Shown here: positions 1 to 9,998 of the stretch, piece after piece
How the letters are laid out: the number at the start of each line of letters is the position of its first letter
Position numbering within the stretch: position 1 is the first letter of the stretch
Assembly (NCBI GenBank): GCA_001774395.1
Contig: MEZX01000002.1
Location: 402,108-466,107, forward strand
Length of the DNA stretch: 64,000 bases
DNA from: Candidatus Berkelbacteria bacterium RIFCSPLOWO2_01_FULL_50_28
GTDB lineage: Bacteria > Patescibacteriota > UBA1384 > 2-12-FULL-50-11
Direction of reading: 5' to 3'
Position numbers and translations under genes: made by a program
The notes under the pieces: model-generated
Databases searched by the model: none
Seen by the model: the letters and a program-made list of their open reading frames with translations, nothing else
Told to the model about the DNA's origin: nothing

Positions 1-39
1 AATGCTAGGATTACTTACTAATGCCTCAAGGGAAAAAAG

Positions 40-1155
40 ATGAAATCTAGCCGCAGGCCGATTATTCTAGTTGGCGGTGGAAGCGGTGGGCATATTTTTC
101 CGCTGCTAGCTGTGGCGGAGGAGCTACAAGCGCGTCAGATTCCGTTTGTTTTTATAGGTAGCGCTTCCGGCAAGGAGAAATCTATTGTTGAATCCCAGAA
201 GTGGCCGTTTCGGGCAATTTCAGCTGGCAAATGGCGTCGCCATTTTTCACTGGCATCATTTGCGCAAAACATTATTGATATTTTCCGGTTTATTTGGGGA
301 TTCTTTCAGTCGCTCGCCTTGCTCATTTCTGTTCGGCCCTTGGCGGTATTTAGCAAGGGCGGTTTTGTGGCTCTGCCAGTGTGCTTAGCAGCCAAGCTTC
401 TTGGCGTAAGATTAATCGTTCACGAATCAGACTCGGTGATGGGCTTGACCAATCGTATATGTTCCAGATTCGCTCATAAGGTTTTAGTAGCGTTTGACCC
501 CGAGATGTACCCAACGCATTCGCCCCGTTACATTCAAGTGGGTGTACCGATGAAGCGTAATTTGCGCCAAGCGGCCAAACTTCCTACACCCAAAAAATCA
601 CGTCCGTTGATTGTGGTTATCGCAGGCATTCAAGGTTCGCAGTTCATAAACCAAATGGTTCGAGAGAACTTAGTAGGCCTCCTAAAAGAAGCCGATATTA
701 TTCACAGTACTGGCGATACCGATTATCTTCCTCATAAAGCCCTCGCCGCCAAACTCCCACCGGCGCTTAGGTCGGCCTACAAACCAATGAGCTTTATCGG
801 ACGTGAACTAGCCTACTACTATCAGGCGGCCGATCTAGTGATAAGTCGGGCAAGCATGACAGTAATTTGTGAAGCAGCTCTTTTTTCCAAGTCACTTTAC
901 TTGATACCGCTGCCGAGCGCCGCGGCTGACCATCAGACAAAGAACGCCTTGATTTTGGAAAGCGCTGGGGCAGCGGTAGCTAGCCGTCAGCAGTCGCTCA
1001 CCCGGGAGCAGTTTTTACACGATATTGTTGGGCTACTCCACACGCCGGAAAAACTATCGTCAATGGCGGGAGCGCTTCGAGGGTACTTCAACGAGAACGA
1101 CTCAATTGAAATAATTATTAACCTTCTCACAGATGGCAAAACCGAAGGAGAGTAA
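40..1155 (+). CDS. murG: UDP-GlcNAc:lipid I GlcNAc transferase
   Basis: GGGSGGHIFP start, SKGGFVALP, HESD..GLTNR and HQTKNA motifs; adjacent to murC. Confidence 0.95.
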   Translation: MKSSRRPIILVGGGSGGHIFPLLAVAEELQARQIPFVFIGSASGKEKSIVESQKWPFRAISAGKWRRHFSLASFAQNIIDIFRFIWGFFQSLALLISVRPLAVFSKGGFVALPVCLAAKLLGVRLIVHESDSVMGLTNRICSRFAHKVLVAFDPEMYPTHSPRYIQVGVPMKRNLRQAAKLPTPKKSRPLIVVIAGIQGSQFINQMVRENLVGLLKEADIIHSTGDTDYLPHKALAAKLPPALRSAYKPMSFIGRELAYYYQAADLVISRASMTVICEAALFSKSLYLIPLPSAAADHQTKNALILESAGAAVASRQQSLTREQFLHDIVGLLHTPEKLSSMAGALRGYFNENDSIEIIINLLTDGKTEGE

Positions 1156-2527
1156 CGAGCTGCACTTTGTAGGTGTAAAAGGTGTGGCGATGTCTGGTAT
1201 GGCGGTGATGGCGCAAAAGCTTGGGTACATTGTCACTGGTAGCGATGTGGCAGAGGTATTCCCAACCGATGAGCTACTGCACAAAAACAAGATCGAAGTT
1301 TTCGAAGGGTTCCGTGCTGAAAATTTGAAAGGACGCCATCCGACCCTCATAGTTTCTGCTGCTTATGGAGATAGCAATCCCGAAGTTAAAGAGGCGCGTC
1401 GTCGCCGGTTACGAGTTAGAACGCAATCAGAACTGTTGGGTGAATTCTTACGTTCGTACGAAGGTATCGGTGTGTCCGGAGTCCACGGCAAAACAACAAC
1501 TTCCTCGATCCTGGCGTTCTTGCTGAAGGAATCTGGGTTCTCACCAAGCTACGTCATCGGCGCTCCTGACGTTCCGGGACTTCAAGGTAACAGCCATTTG
1601 GGTGATGGTAAGTTCTTCGTTGTTGAAGCTGACGAGTATCGAAAATCAGAAGCCGACAAGACACCAAAATTTCTCGATCTTTCACTAAAGCATGTGATTG
1701 TTACCAGCATCGAGTTTGATCATCCTGACGTCTTTGACAGCGCCGAAAGCGTTTATGTGGAGTTTTATAAATTACTTACCAAAGTCCCACGTGACGGAAC
1801 GATTATCGCTTGTATCGATTGGCAGCTGGTACGACGTTTGGTTAACCGTTTCGTGGATCGAGTCTGTCTAACGTACGGGTTTGATAGCGGTGCCGATTTT
1901 CAAATTGTTGATTTTACCGAAGATGCAGTCGGAATAAGTTTCGCTCTCAAAACGGGCGAGAAGAAGCTGGGACCGTTTACATCCTCGCTGCCTGGTCCTT
2001 ATAACGCCCAAAATATCGCCGCCGCCATAGTAATGGCTCTCAAACTTGGTGCCACGCAGAAGGCAATAATGAAAGCTTTGCCGAAATTCGTCGGTGCCAA
2101 GAGGCGGTTCGAACGTCTTGGCGAAGTGAACGGGGCTTTAGTGATTGACGACTACGCTCACCACCCCACAGCCGTCACGAATGTTATTGCTGCGGCGCAC
2201 CACAAATTTCCCGACAAAAAAATAACGATTGTCTTTCAACCCCACACCTACTCACGTACCGGTAAGTTCTTGCGAGAGTTCGCGAAGAGTCTTGTTGGTG
2301 CTGATCGCATAATACTGTTAGATATTTGGGCTTCAGCGAGGGAGAAAACTGGCTACGTGACGATTAACGACCTGTTAAGTGAAATAAAAGAAAATCGGCC
2401 CGATGTTGAGTTTAGGTCTAGCCTCGAGGAAGTGGCGAAATATATTAAGGGAACGGTCAGCGAGAGTGACGTGGTTCTACTAGTGGGGGCGGGCGATGTC
2501 TACAAAATCTTCGACTACTGCCAGTAG
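1133..2527 (+). CDS. murC: UDP-MurNAc--L-alanine ligase
   Basis: GVKGVAMSG, GVHGKTTTS, EADEY, DDYAHHPT and FQPHTYSRT motifs. Confidence 0.96.
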   Translation: MAKPKESNELHFVGVKGVAMSGMAVMAQKLGYIVTGSDVAEVFPTDELLHKNKIEVFEGFRAENLKGRHPTLIVSAAYGDSNPEVKEARRRRLRVRTQSELLGEFLRSYEGIGVSGVHGKTTTSSILAFLLKESGFSPSYVIGAPDVPGLQGNSHLGDGKFFVVEADEYRKSEADKTPKFLDLSLKHVIVTSIEFDHPDVFDSAESVYVEFYKLLTKVPRDGTIIACIDWQLVRRLVNRFVDRVCLTYGFDSGADFQIVDFTEDAVGISFALKTGEKKLGPFTSSLPGPYNAQNIAAAIVMALKLGATQKAIMKALPKFVGAKRRFERLGEVNGALVIDDYAHHPTAVTNVIAAAHHKFPDKKITIVFQPHTYSRTGKFLREFAKSLVGADRIILLDIWASAREKTGYVTINDLLSEIKENRPDVEFRSSLEEVAKYIKGTVSESDVVLLVGAGDVYKIFDYCQ

Positions 2528-3422
2528 TACTTTATCCCAGGACTTGAGTAAATTGTTTGGAGAAAGGTTCACCAGCCACGCCAACGTCTCGGAGCTATTT
2601 TCGAGCTGTACTGGCGGAACTGCGGACTGGCTAGTGGTTGCCAGTACGATCACGGATATCATTGAGGCAGTCAAGGCAGCTTGCCGTCACCGGATTCCTT
2701 GGCTAGTTATCGGTGGCGGGAGCGGGTCGTTGTTTAGTGATTATGGATTTGCCGGATTACTGATTGTTAACAGAACCTCGGGAATGCTTTTCGACGATCA
2801 GTCTCAGATTGTAGTTGAATCAGGGACCGGATTTAAGGAAATAATTAACTGGGCTTCGACGCGTGGCTACGGCGGTTTGGAAGATTTCTACCATCTACCC
2901 GGAACTGTGGCCGGGGCAATTGTGACCAACGCTGTGGGTGGCACGTCGAAAATATTGGATTACGTGAGAGAGCTGACAGTAATCTACGCCGACTCTCCGG
3001 GAGCGATCAGTTGCCGCACGATCTCATCCAACGAGTGGAGAGAATCGCCCTGCAGACCGCAATTGGTGATTCTGTCGATCAAACTTCAGCTAAGTTACCT
3101 AGGCCAGCCGGAGATATTACGGCGCTTGAGAGCTAGGGGAAAAGACGTAAGGGTGGGTCGGCACGGCTATCTGGGGCATTGGGCGCTGCCACAACTTCAA
3201 CCAAATATTATGTTATGGAGAAAGACTTGCCAGGAGCTATTCCGTTTTGATGAGAGACAGCCGAGCGTTCTTAATCTGCGGAAAAAGACTACCAGTGAAG
3301 CCATACTCCAGTGCTTACAAGCTTTGATGAGCCAATCGTTTGAACAGACAGGCGAGCGGCTTGAACTTAGAACGTCACTTTTGGGATACTGGCCTGACAA
3401 TGACGGAGCGACAAAAAAGTGA
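2496..3422 (+). CDS. murB: MurB-like FAD-binding protein, highly divergent
   Basis: GGTADW, IGGGSG..SDYGFAG and LPGTVAGAIVTNA resemble the MurB FAD domain; sits between murC and ftsQ; catalytic motifs not recognisable. Confidence 0.7.
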   Translation: MSTKSSTTASSTLSQDLSKLFGERFTSHANVSELFSSCTGGTADWLVVASTITDIIEAVKAACRHRIPWLVIGGGSGSLFSDYGFAGLLIVNRTSGMLFDDQSQIVVESGTGFKEIINWASTRGYGGLEDFYHLPGTVAGAIVTNAVGGTSKILDYVRELTVIYADSPGAISCRTISSNEWRESPCRPQLVILSIKLQLSYLGQPEILRRLRARGKDVRVGRHGYLGHWALPQLQPNIMLWRKTCQELFRFDERQPSVLNLRKKTTSEAILQCLQALMSQSFEQTGERLELRTSLLGYWPDNDGATKK

Positions 3423-4183
3423 GTAATCTGCGCTCTTCGGTTAAGTTGCTTGGTTCAAGCTATCTCCCACCGAAACCAAAACAAAGCGGCCCATCTCCAT
3501 GGCGGCCTGTTTTTTGGATAGTGCTGTTGATTGCTGGGTTGTTTCTTCTGGCTCGGTTGCCGATCTTTCGCATAAAGGAGATCAGCGTAAGTGGGAGTGC
3601 TAACAAATCGATTAGCGCAAAGTTAGAGCCTCTCCGTGGTGTTTCGATCTTTTCGTCCAAGATAGATGCGTTACAGCGACATGTTCAACGCGAAGATCCT
3701 GGCATCGGATCACTTAACTGTCGACGAGGGGTACCCAGTATCCTAAAGTGTACTGTGGCTTATCGTAAGCCAGTTCTAGCCTGGAAAAATGGGAAAGCGC
3801 AGCTGTTTGTTGATGAAGCGGGCTATGCCTTTGAACGATCGACGGAAGCTCCGTTGGATCTCCCGACCGTTATCGATAGAGCGAAGAGTTCGCCTAAGGC
3901 CGGGGATCGTGTGTTGAGCTCCCAGATCGTCGAGGCCTATCTTGAATTGGATTCGCTTCTTCGAAAATCCAGCCTTAATCCAACAGAATATTTCATTGGT
4001 GAGTCTCTTTTCCAAATTGGGGCTATAATCGAGATCGGCGGTAGAGAGGCACAGGTTTTGTTTAGTATTGCCTCTCCAGCCACCTGGCAAGTAAAGACAC
4101 TCCGAGCTGTCATTGCCAAAAAAGGGAAGACTGCTTTTAGTAACGTCGATCTACGGGTGCCGGGATACGTTTACTACTACTAA
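3419..4183 (+). CDS. ftsQ: FtsQ/DivIB-like cell division protein
   Basis: Single TM segment, FRIKEISVSG (POTRA start), FVDEAG and C-terminal VDLR; follows murB. Confidence 0.75.
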   Translation: MSNLRSSVKLLGSSYLPPKPKQSGPSPWRPVFWIVLLIAGLFLLARLPIFRIKEISVSGSANKSISAKLEPLRGVSIFSSKIDALQRHVQREDPGIGSLNCRRGVPSILKCTVAYRKPVLAWKNGKAQLFVDEAGYAFERSTEAPLDLPTVIDRAKSSPKAGDRVLSSQIVEAYLELDSLLRKSSLNPTEYFIGESLFQIGAIIEIGGREAQVLFSIASPATWQVKTLRAVIAKKGKTAFSNVDLRVPGYVYYY

Positions 4184-5853
4184 TGAAACAAGCAAAGTGG
4201 CGAGTTCACAACCGGCGAGGGACGCTAATCAACCATCTTCTGACCTTGCGAGGGTTCAATTCGAGCTCGCTCGAACCTGATTTCGTATCTGGTTTGCACG
4301 ACCCGAACTTACTGCCGGACATGGCCAAGGCACGCGAAATTGTGCGAAGAGCAGTTAAAGAAAATTGGCCCGTTGCCGTTTTTGGCGACTATGACGCTGA
4401 CGGCACTCCAGGAGCGGCCCTGCTCTACGAGCTGTTCGAACGTCTAGGCTTACATTGCACTGTTTTTTTGCCGACACGAGCTGAGGGCTACGGTTTAAAT
4501 ATTGAAGCAACCCAAAAAATTGGTAAATCTGCCAAGCTCCTTGTTCTTGTCGATACCGGGATCACTGCCGTTGAATCGATAGCAGAGCTAAAGAAGATGG
4601 GGGTGAAAACGATCATCCTTGACCATCACCTTCCAACGGAGACACTTCCCGACGCCGAGGCGATCATCGATCCATTTCTGTCAACTTCAACTTACCCTTT
4701 TACGGGACTCTGTGGTTGCGCCCTGGCCTATAAATTTGCCCAAGCGCTTTCGGCCGATTTTCCGCAGATCTCAGAGGGTTTCTTGAAATGGCAGCTTGAC
4801 CTAGTCGCCATATCGACAGTCGCCGATATGATGGAACTCACGGGAGAGAATCGAGTTCTGGTTTACTACGGCTTGAAGATTCTGCAGAAAAATCGTCGCT
4901 TGGGTTTGCGAGCGCTTCTCGCCAGAGCAGCGCTAGATCCAGACAAGGTAACCGCCGGCAGTATCGGATTTATTATCGGTCCACGTCTTAACGCCGCTGG
5001 TCGGCTATCCGACAACCGGCCGGCGTTCGAGCTGTTGGTCGCTAAGCAGTGGAGCGATGCAATAAAGTATGCCGAAGAAATAGAGCGCGCTAACGTCGCG
5101 CGTTTAGCATTGGTTGATTCGGTTATGGTAGAAGCGGAAGCTATTCTCCAGCAGCAAAACCGAGACGACGATTCTGTTATTGGGATTGTTGGTGAAGCGT
5201 GGCCAAGAGGTGTTATCGGGCTTGTGGCGGGTCGTCTGGCTGAGCGGCACGGGCGCCCAACAATAATCGGTAGCAAGATCGGCGATAGTATTCGGGCGAG
5301 CGGTCGGTCTGTTGGACAGTACCACCTGCTTGATGGCCTAACCGCCGTCGGGCGACTCCTTGACGGTTACGGCGGTCACGCGCAAGCGGCGGGAATGGAC
5401 CTGAAAACTCAAAACTGGGGTGAATTTATGACGGAACTAAAAGCTCACGCCAAGTCGATGATCGGCTCCAACGTTTGGCAGCCAATTCTGAAGGCCGATT
5501 GCTTTATTCAAGAACAAGAGCTCGGTTTGGACACAGCGCAGTCTTTGCTGAAACTCGAGCCGCACGGTCTCGGCAACCGGCGTCCCATGTTTATTATCGA
5601 AAACGCCACTCTGCGCAACGGCAAAACAGTTGGCAACGGCAAGCACCTGAAGGGGACGCTCTCGCTCGGCCAGAGCCAACTACCGTTTATCGGTTTTTCA
5701 CTCGGACTTCGCCAGGCTGACTTGCCGGATAACGCTGATCTGATCGGACATTTGACGATTAACGAGTGGAACGGTACCAAAGATGTACAATTTCAGCTGG
5801 TTGACATAAGAACCCCTGGGGATGATATTGAGGTCGTTGAAAATGCGTCATAA
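4183..5853 (+). CDS. recJ: ssDNA exonuclease RecJ
   Basis: GDYDADG, DTG, DHH, PRLNAAGR and GGHAQAAG motifs. Confidence 0.96.
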   Translation: MKQAKWRVHNRRGTLINHLLTLRGFNSSSLEPDFVSGLHDPNLLPDMAKAREIVRRAVKENWPVAVFGDYDADGTPGAALLYELFERLGLHCTVFLPTRAEGYGLNIEATQKIGKSAKLLVLVDTGITAVESIAELKKMGVKTIILDHHLPTETLPDAEAIIDPFLSTSTYPFTGLCGCALAYKFAQALSADFPQISEGFLKWQLDLVAISTVADMMELTGENRVLVYYGLKILQKNRRLGLRALLARAALDPDKVTAGSIGFIIGPRLNAAGRLSDNRPAFELLVAKQWSDAIKYAEEIERANVARLALVDSVMVEAEAILQQQNRDDDSVIGIVGEAWPRGVIGLVAGRLAERHGRPTIIGSKIGDSIRASGRSVGQYHLLDGLTAVGRLLDGYGGHAQAAGMDLKTQNWGEFMTELKAHAKSMIGSNVWQPILKADCFIQEQELGLDTAQSLLKLEPHGLGNRRPMFIIENATLRNGKTVGNGKHLKGTLSLGQSQLPFIGFSLGLRQADLPDNADLIGHLTINEWNGTKDVQFQLVDIRTPGDDIEVVENAS

Positions 5854-7129
5854 AATTGCCTTTATCTGTTTGAGTTGCGGTTTGGAGTCGGCAAAATGGG
5901 CCGGACGATGTAGCGGCTGTGGGCAGTGGAATACAATCAGCGAAAAAGAGCGAGAAGCAACTGAGAGTAATTCGTCCCCGGCCGAAGTAACAAGTTTCAA
6001 AGAATTACCCACGGGGAAAATCAAACGTCTTCGTACCAAAGTTTCCGAATTCGATCGGGTATTGGGTAGTAATGATCCTGGAATTGTACCCGGCACTGTC
6101 ACGCTGATTAGCGGCAGTCCTGGGGTGGGCAAGAGTACGCTACTGCTCCAAGTAGCTAGCGGGGTAGAAAAGGCGGTGTATTTCTCCGCCGAAGAGTCGC
6201 TGGAACAGCTGCGGTTGCGCGGGGAGCGACTGGGTCTGTCTCAGTCTTCTTTACAGCTTTCGGCCCAACGCGACTTGGGGAGAATCTTAGCCGCTGTAAA
6301 CAAAATTCAGCCCAGCCTGGTGGTAATAGATTCTATCCAAACGCTATTTGACGAGACAGTCGCTGGCACGCCAGGGTCGTTAGTGCAAGTGCGAGAGATC
6401 TGCTGGCGCATTCAGCAAATGGCCAAAAACACCGACGTCGCTTTTCTGGTGGTTGGCCACGTTACGAAAGAGGGGATTATCGCCGGGCCGAAAGTTATGG
6501 AGCATCTTGTTGACGTGGTCTTGTATCTAGAAGGTGAGCGGCAGACTGGATTGCGGGTGCTTAGGTGCGAAAAAAATCGTTACGGTCCCACCGATGAGGT
6601 CGGAATCTGGAATTTGGAATCAGCCGGTTTCACCACTGTTGACGATCCAGGCAAACTATTCGCCTCGCTAATAGGCGACGACGTTCCGGGGAGGGCGTTG
6701 ACTGTAGCCGTCGAGGGTTCAAGGGCGTTTCTGGTGGAGGTTCAGGCTCTAACTGCCAGAACTACATTTGGCTATCCCAAGCGTACCTCGCAAGGCATCG
6801 AGCTAAATCGGTTGAACGTCATTCTTGCCGTTCTGGAGAACCGATTGGGAGTACCGATGAGCCAGTACGATGTTTTTCTTAATGTGGTTGGCGGTTTCCA
6901 GGTAAAAGACCCGGGAGTTGATCTGGCGATCGCTGGGGCGCTGCTTAGTAGCTACCACAAAAAAGCCCCACCGGATAAACTAATATTACTCGGTGAAGTA
7001 GGGTTGCTGGGCGAGATTAGGCCGCCGCTACTACTTGAGAGGCGCCAGAAGGAAGCCAAACGACTTGGCTATCAAACTTGGGAGACGTCAGGTACTCTGC
7101 AAAAACTTCACCAATCGTTTCTCAAGTAA
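5843..7129 (+). CDS. radA: DNA repair protein RadA/Sms
   Basis: CxxC-x11-CxxC zinc finger, GSPGVGKST, DSIQT, KNRYG; ATG at 5843 preferred. Confidence 0.96.
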   Translation: MRHKIAFICLSCGLESAKWAGRCSGCGQWNTISEKEREATESNSSPAEVTSFKELPTGKIKRLRTKVSEFDRVLGSNDPGIVPGTVTLISGSPGVGKSTLLLQVASGVEKAVYFSAEESLEQLRLRGERLGLSQSSLQLSAQRDLGRILAAVNKIQPSLVVIDSIQTLFDETVAGTPGSLVQVREICWRIQQMAKNTDVAFLVVGHVTKEGIIAGPKVMEHLVDVVLYLEGERQTGLRVLRCEKNRYGPTDEVGIWNLESAGFTTVDDPGKLFASLIGDDVPGRALTVAVEGSRAFLVEVQALTARTTFGYPKRTSQGIELNRLNVILAVLENRLGVPMSQYDVFLNVVGGFQVKDPGVDLAIAGALLSSYHKKAPPDKLILLGEVGLLGEIRPPLLLERRQKEAKRLGYQTWETSGTLQKLHQSFLK

Positions 7130-9953
7130 CGGTGACGATACAAGAGGAACCGCTCGACTCATTTCCTGTCGTGTCAACCGACTTGACGGTAAATTGATAC
7201 GAACCCGCTGAGAGGGAGCTAATCGTGCTGCTATTGCCGGGTGCGGTAACTTCCACGGTGCTGTGCAGGTCAAGTGAGGGAAAGAGGAAAACGTAGATTC
7301 GCAGCAGCTTTAAGTCGGCATCAGCTGGATTTACCCAAGACAGCGCGACGGCACCGCCGCCCAGTTGCGGCAGGCAAACTAAATTACTGACGTTACCCGG
7401 CGGCGTAGTATCGTTGCTAACTTTTATGGTGATGCTAGAGGTTGAGGTGGCGCCGGTTTTGCTGACGACCGTGGCGGTGATTGTGTGATCGCCGTTGGAG
7501 AGAGATGAGACGTTGTAGGAAACTCGGTACGGAGCGCTACTGTCACTGTTAATTCCCACCTGATCAACAGAGAAATCCACTCTCTTTACGCCGCTTGGGG
7601 CTGAGGCACTTGCTCTAATAGATATTGCCCCGGAAACTGTTTGCCCGTTACTGGGCGCCGTAATGCTAACGGAGGGCTGGCTACTACCAGCTCGGCAGTT
7701 TGCTGTGGGCGGCGGGTTATTGAAACCGTGGCTTCGTGCCCAGGCTAATACCGGTCCTTCCCAATTGGGGTAATCTGGACGTTCGGAGCGAATGCTAACG
7801 AATGTTTTCATTCTAGCCAAGCTATCGGGAATCGAACTGTCAGCCAGCAAGCCGTTCTCTTTGCAAACTCGCAATCGCAGGTGAACGTTGTCGTTTTCAG
7901 TCGGGATCTGCCAGCTAGCAAAAATATCTTTTACCCGTTCGCTACCGTCTACTGGCAGACGGTTGGAAAGTCGATCAACAACGACATCTCTGATTCCAGA
8001 CGGCCGGGTGAAGTTCTTCACAGGCAGTCCTTTGTGGACTTTGGCCATGTAATCGTGCCAGATTGGGGCCGCCGCTAGGGATCCGCCAAAATTATTCATC
8101 GGGGTGTTGTCGTTATTACCAGCCCAAACGCCGGTGACGATTTGCGGCGTATAGCCAATAGTCCAGGCATCACGATACTCATCGGTGGTTCCGGTTTTTG
8201 TGGCGGCGGGTCGTCCGGGGAGGGTGAGGTTGCCTATAGAGAAGGCAAAAACGGGCATTTTGGCGTCCACGTCGCTAAGGATGCTGGTAATTTCATAAGC
8301 GATTTGCGGGTCGAGAACCTGACGTCCGGCGCGAGGATTCTCGTGCGAGTAAAGTTCTTTGCCCTTAGTGTCGGTGATCTTCAAGATGGGGGTGTTGGGC
8401 ATCAGGACGCCTTGGTTAGCAAAAACGCCGTAGGCCGTAGTCAGGTCGACTAGCTTAACTTCGCCGCCGCCCAGCACCAGCGACAATCCGTAGCGATCTC
8501 GGTCGTTCAAAGTAGTAATCCCCATATCGTGGGCAGTCTCGAGAGCTTTATCAACCCCGATGAGGGAGAGGACTTTGACGGCGGGGATATTCAACGAGTT
8601 GCCGAGGGCTTTGCGGATAGAAATTGGCCCCCGAAAGCCGCCGTCGTAGTTTTGGGGAACGTACGAACCGAAATCTGTGCGTAGATCGAAAAGGTTAGAA
8701 GATGGGCTGAACTTTTCTTTAAACGCCGTGGCGTAAACGATCGGCTTGAAACTACTACCTGGCTGCCGGTCGGCCGTGGTGACGTTAAAGGCGCCGAACT
8801 GTTTTTGGAAATAGTCGACTGAGCCGACCATCGCTAGAATCTCACCTCGTTTCGGATCGATGCTTACCAAACCGGCGTTGGACGCTCCGCCCAGAGCAAG
8901 GTTCGGTTTGGATCGAGCCACAGCCGCTTCAGCAGCTAACTGTTTTTCCAAATCCAAGGTGGTAACAACTGTCAATCCGCCCTCTTCCACGCGTTGCTCG
9001 GCTAGTTGAGCGTCGCCCAGCTCTTCGGTGAAATACTTAACGAGCCACTCTTTAACGTAGAGGACAAAGTGCGGCGCGGTAATATCATCGCGCTTGGGGC
9101 CAACTTTAATTTTTGAGGCAGTGGCAGATTTTGCTTCTTTGTCGTTAATGTACCCTTGCTCGAGCATCAAGCCGATTATGTAGTTACGCCTGGCGAGTAG
9201 AGCATCGACATTTGAGCCGTAGGGCGACAGTGTCGTTGGGGCCTGCGGCAACGAGGCGAGCGTCGCCGCCTCGGCGATAGTCAGTTTGGCCGCACTTTTT
9301 CCAAAGTATGAACGAGCGGCCGCCTCGATACCGTAATTATTACCGCCGTACGGAATCTCATTCAAGTACATCGTCAGGATCTCGTCTTTGCTATAAAGGG
9401 CTTCCAGCTCGACGGCGAGAATCGCCTCTTTCGCCTTGCGGACCAGGCTGTGCTGGCTGGAGAGAAGGGCGTTTTTCACAAACTGCTGGGTGATGGTTGA
9501 GCCGCCACCGCGTCGGCCGCCAAAGACGACTGCTCGGGCGACGCCGCGTAGATAAATACCGTGGTGTTTGTAAAAATCTTTATCTTCAATAGCGATGGTA
9601 GCTTCGCGGACTACCTCCGGTATATCTTTGCTCTCGATGATGATGCGCTTCTTCTCGCCCGATATGGTGTAAAGCGGTTTCATATTGCGATCAAACAGGC
9701 GTGTTGAACCGGCCGAAGCAAGGTTACGGATTTTGCCTGGGGTCGGCAGGTCTTTAGCAAACCACGCAAAGAGGAATACGACAAAGAGAATGAACAGCCC
9801 GAACGCCCAGAGAGTGAATCTCAGTGCCCGACGCCAGGTGATTTTTGGTCGGCGTCGATTAAAAAGACGACGCTGTAGGCGTTTGATATCTAACGGGTTA
9901 GCAAAAGGGCTGCGAAATTTCGGTAAAGGCCAGGATAGTTTTATTTTTGCCAT
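7122..9953 (-). CDS. Class A penicillin-binding protein with C-terminal Ig-like/Fn3 domains
   Basis: EDKDFYKHHG and GGSTITQQ (transglycosylase); SSFK, SLN and KTGTT (transpeptidase); beta-rich C-terminus. Confidence 0.93.
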   Translation of the reverse strand: MAKIKLSWPLPKFRSPFANPLDIKRLQRRLFNRRRPKITWRRALRFTLWAFGLFILFVVFLFAWFAKDLPTPGKIRNLASAGSTRLFDRNMKPLYTISGEKKRIIIESKDIPEVVREATIAIEDKDFYKHHGIYLRGVARAVVFGGRRGGGSTITQQFVKNALLSSQHSLVRKAKEAILAVELEALYSKDEILTMYLNEIPYGGNNYGIEAAARSYFGKSAAKLTIAEAATLASLPQAPTTLSPYGSNVDALLARRNYIIGLMLEQGYINDKEAKSATASKIKVGPKRDDITAPHFVLYVKEWLVKYFTEELGDAQLAEQRVEEGGLTVVTTLDLEKQLAAEAAVARSKPNLALGGASNAGLVSIDPKRGEILAMVGSVDYFQKQFGAFNVTTADRQPGSSFKPIVYATAFKEKFSPSSNLFDLRTDFGSYVPQNYDGGFRGPISIRKALGNSLNIPAVKVLSLIGVDKALETAHDMGITTLNDRDRYGLSLVLGGGEVKLVDLTTAYGVFANQGVLMPNTPILKITDTKGKELYSHENPRAGRQVLDPQIAYEITSILSDVDAKMPVFAFSIGNLTLPGRPAATKTGTTDEYRDAWTIGYTPQIVTGVWAGNNDNTPMNNFGGSLAAAPIWHDYMAKVHKGLPVKNFTRPSGIRDVVVDRLSNRLPVDGSERVKDIFASWQIPTENDNVHLRLRVCKENGLLADSSIPDSLARMKTFVSIRSERPDYPNWEGPVLAWARSHGFNNPPPTANCRAGSSQPSVSITAPSNGQTVSGAISIRASASAPSGVKRVDFSVDQVGINSDSSAPYRVSYNVSSLSNGDHTITATVVSKTGATSTSSITIKVSNDTTPPGNVSNLVCLPQLGGGAVALSWVNPADADLKLLRIYVFLFPSLDLHSTVEVTAPGNSSTISSLSAGSYQFTVKSVDTTGNESSGSSCIVTVT

Positions 9954-9998
9954 AATCTTTAGACTGATCTATTGTACAAAGATATAATGGGTGTAGCA

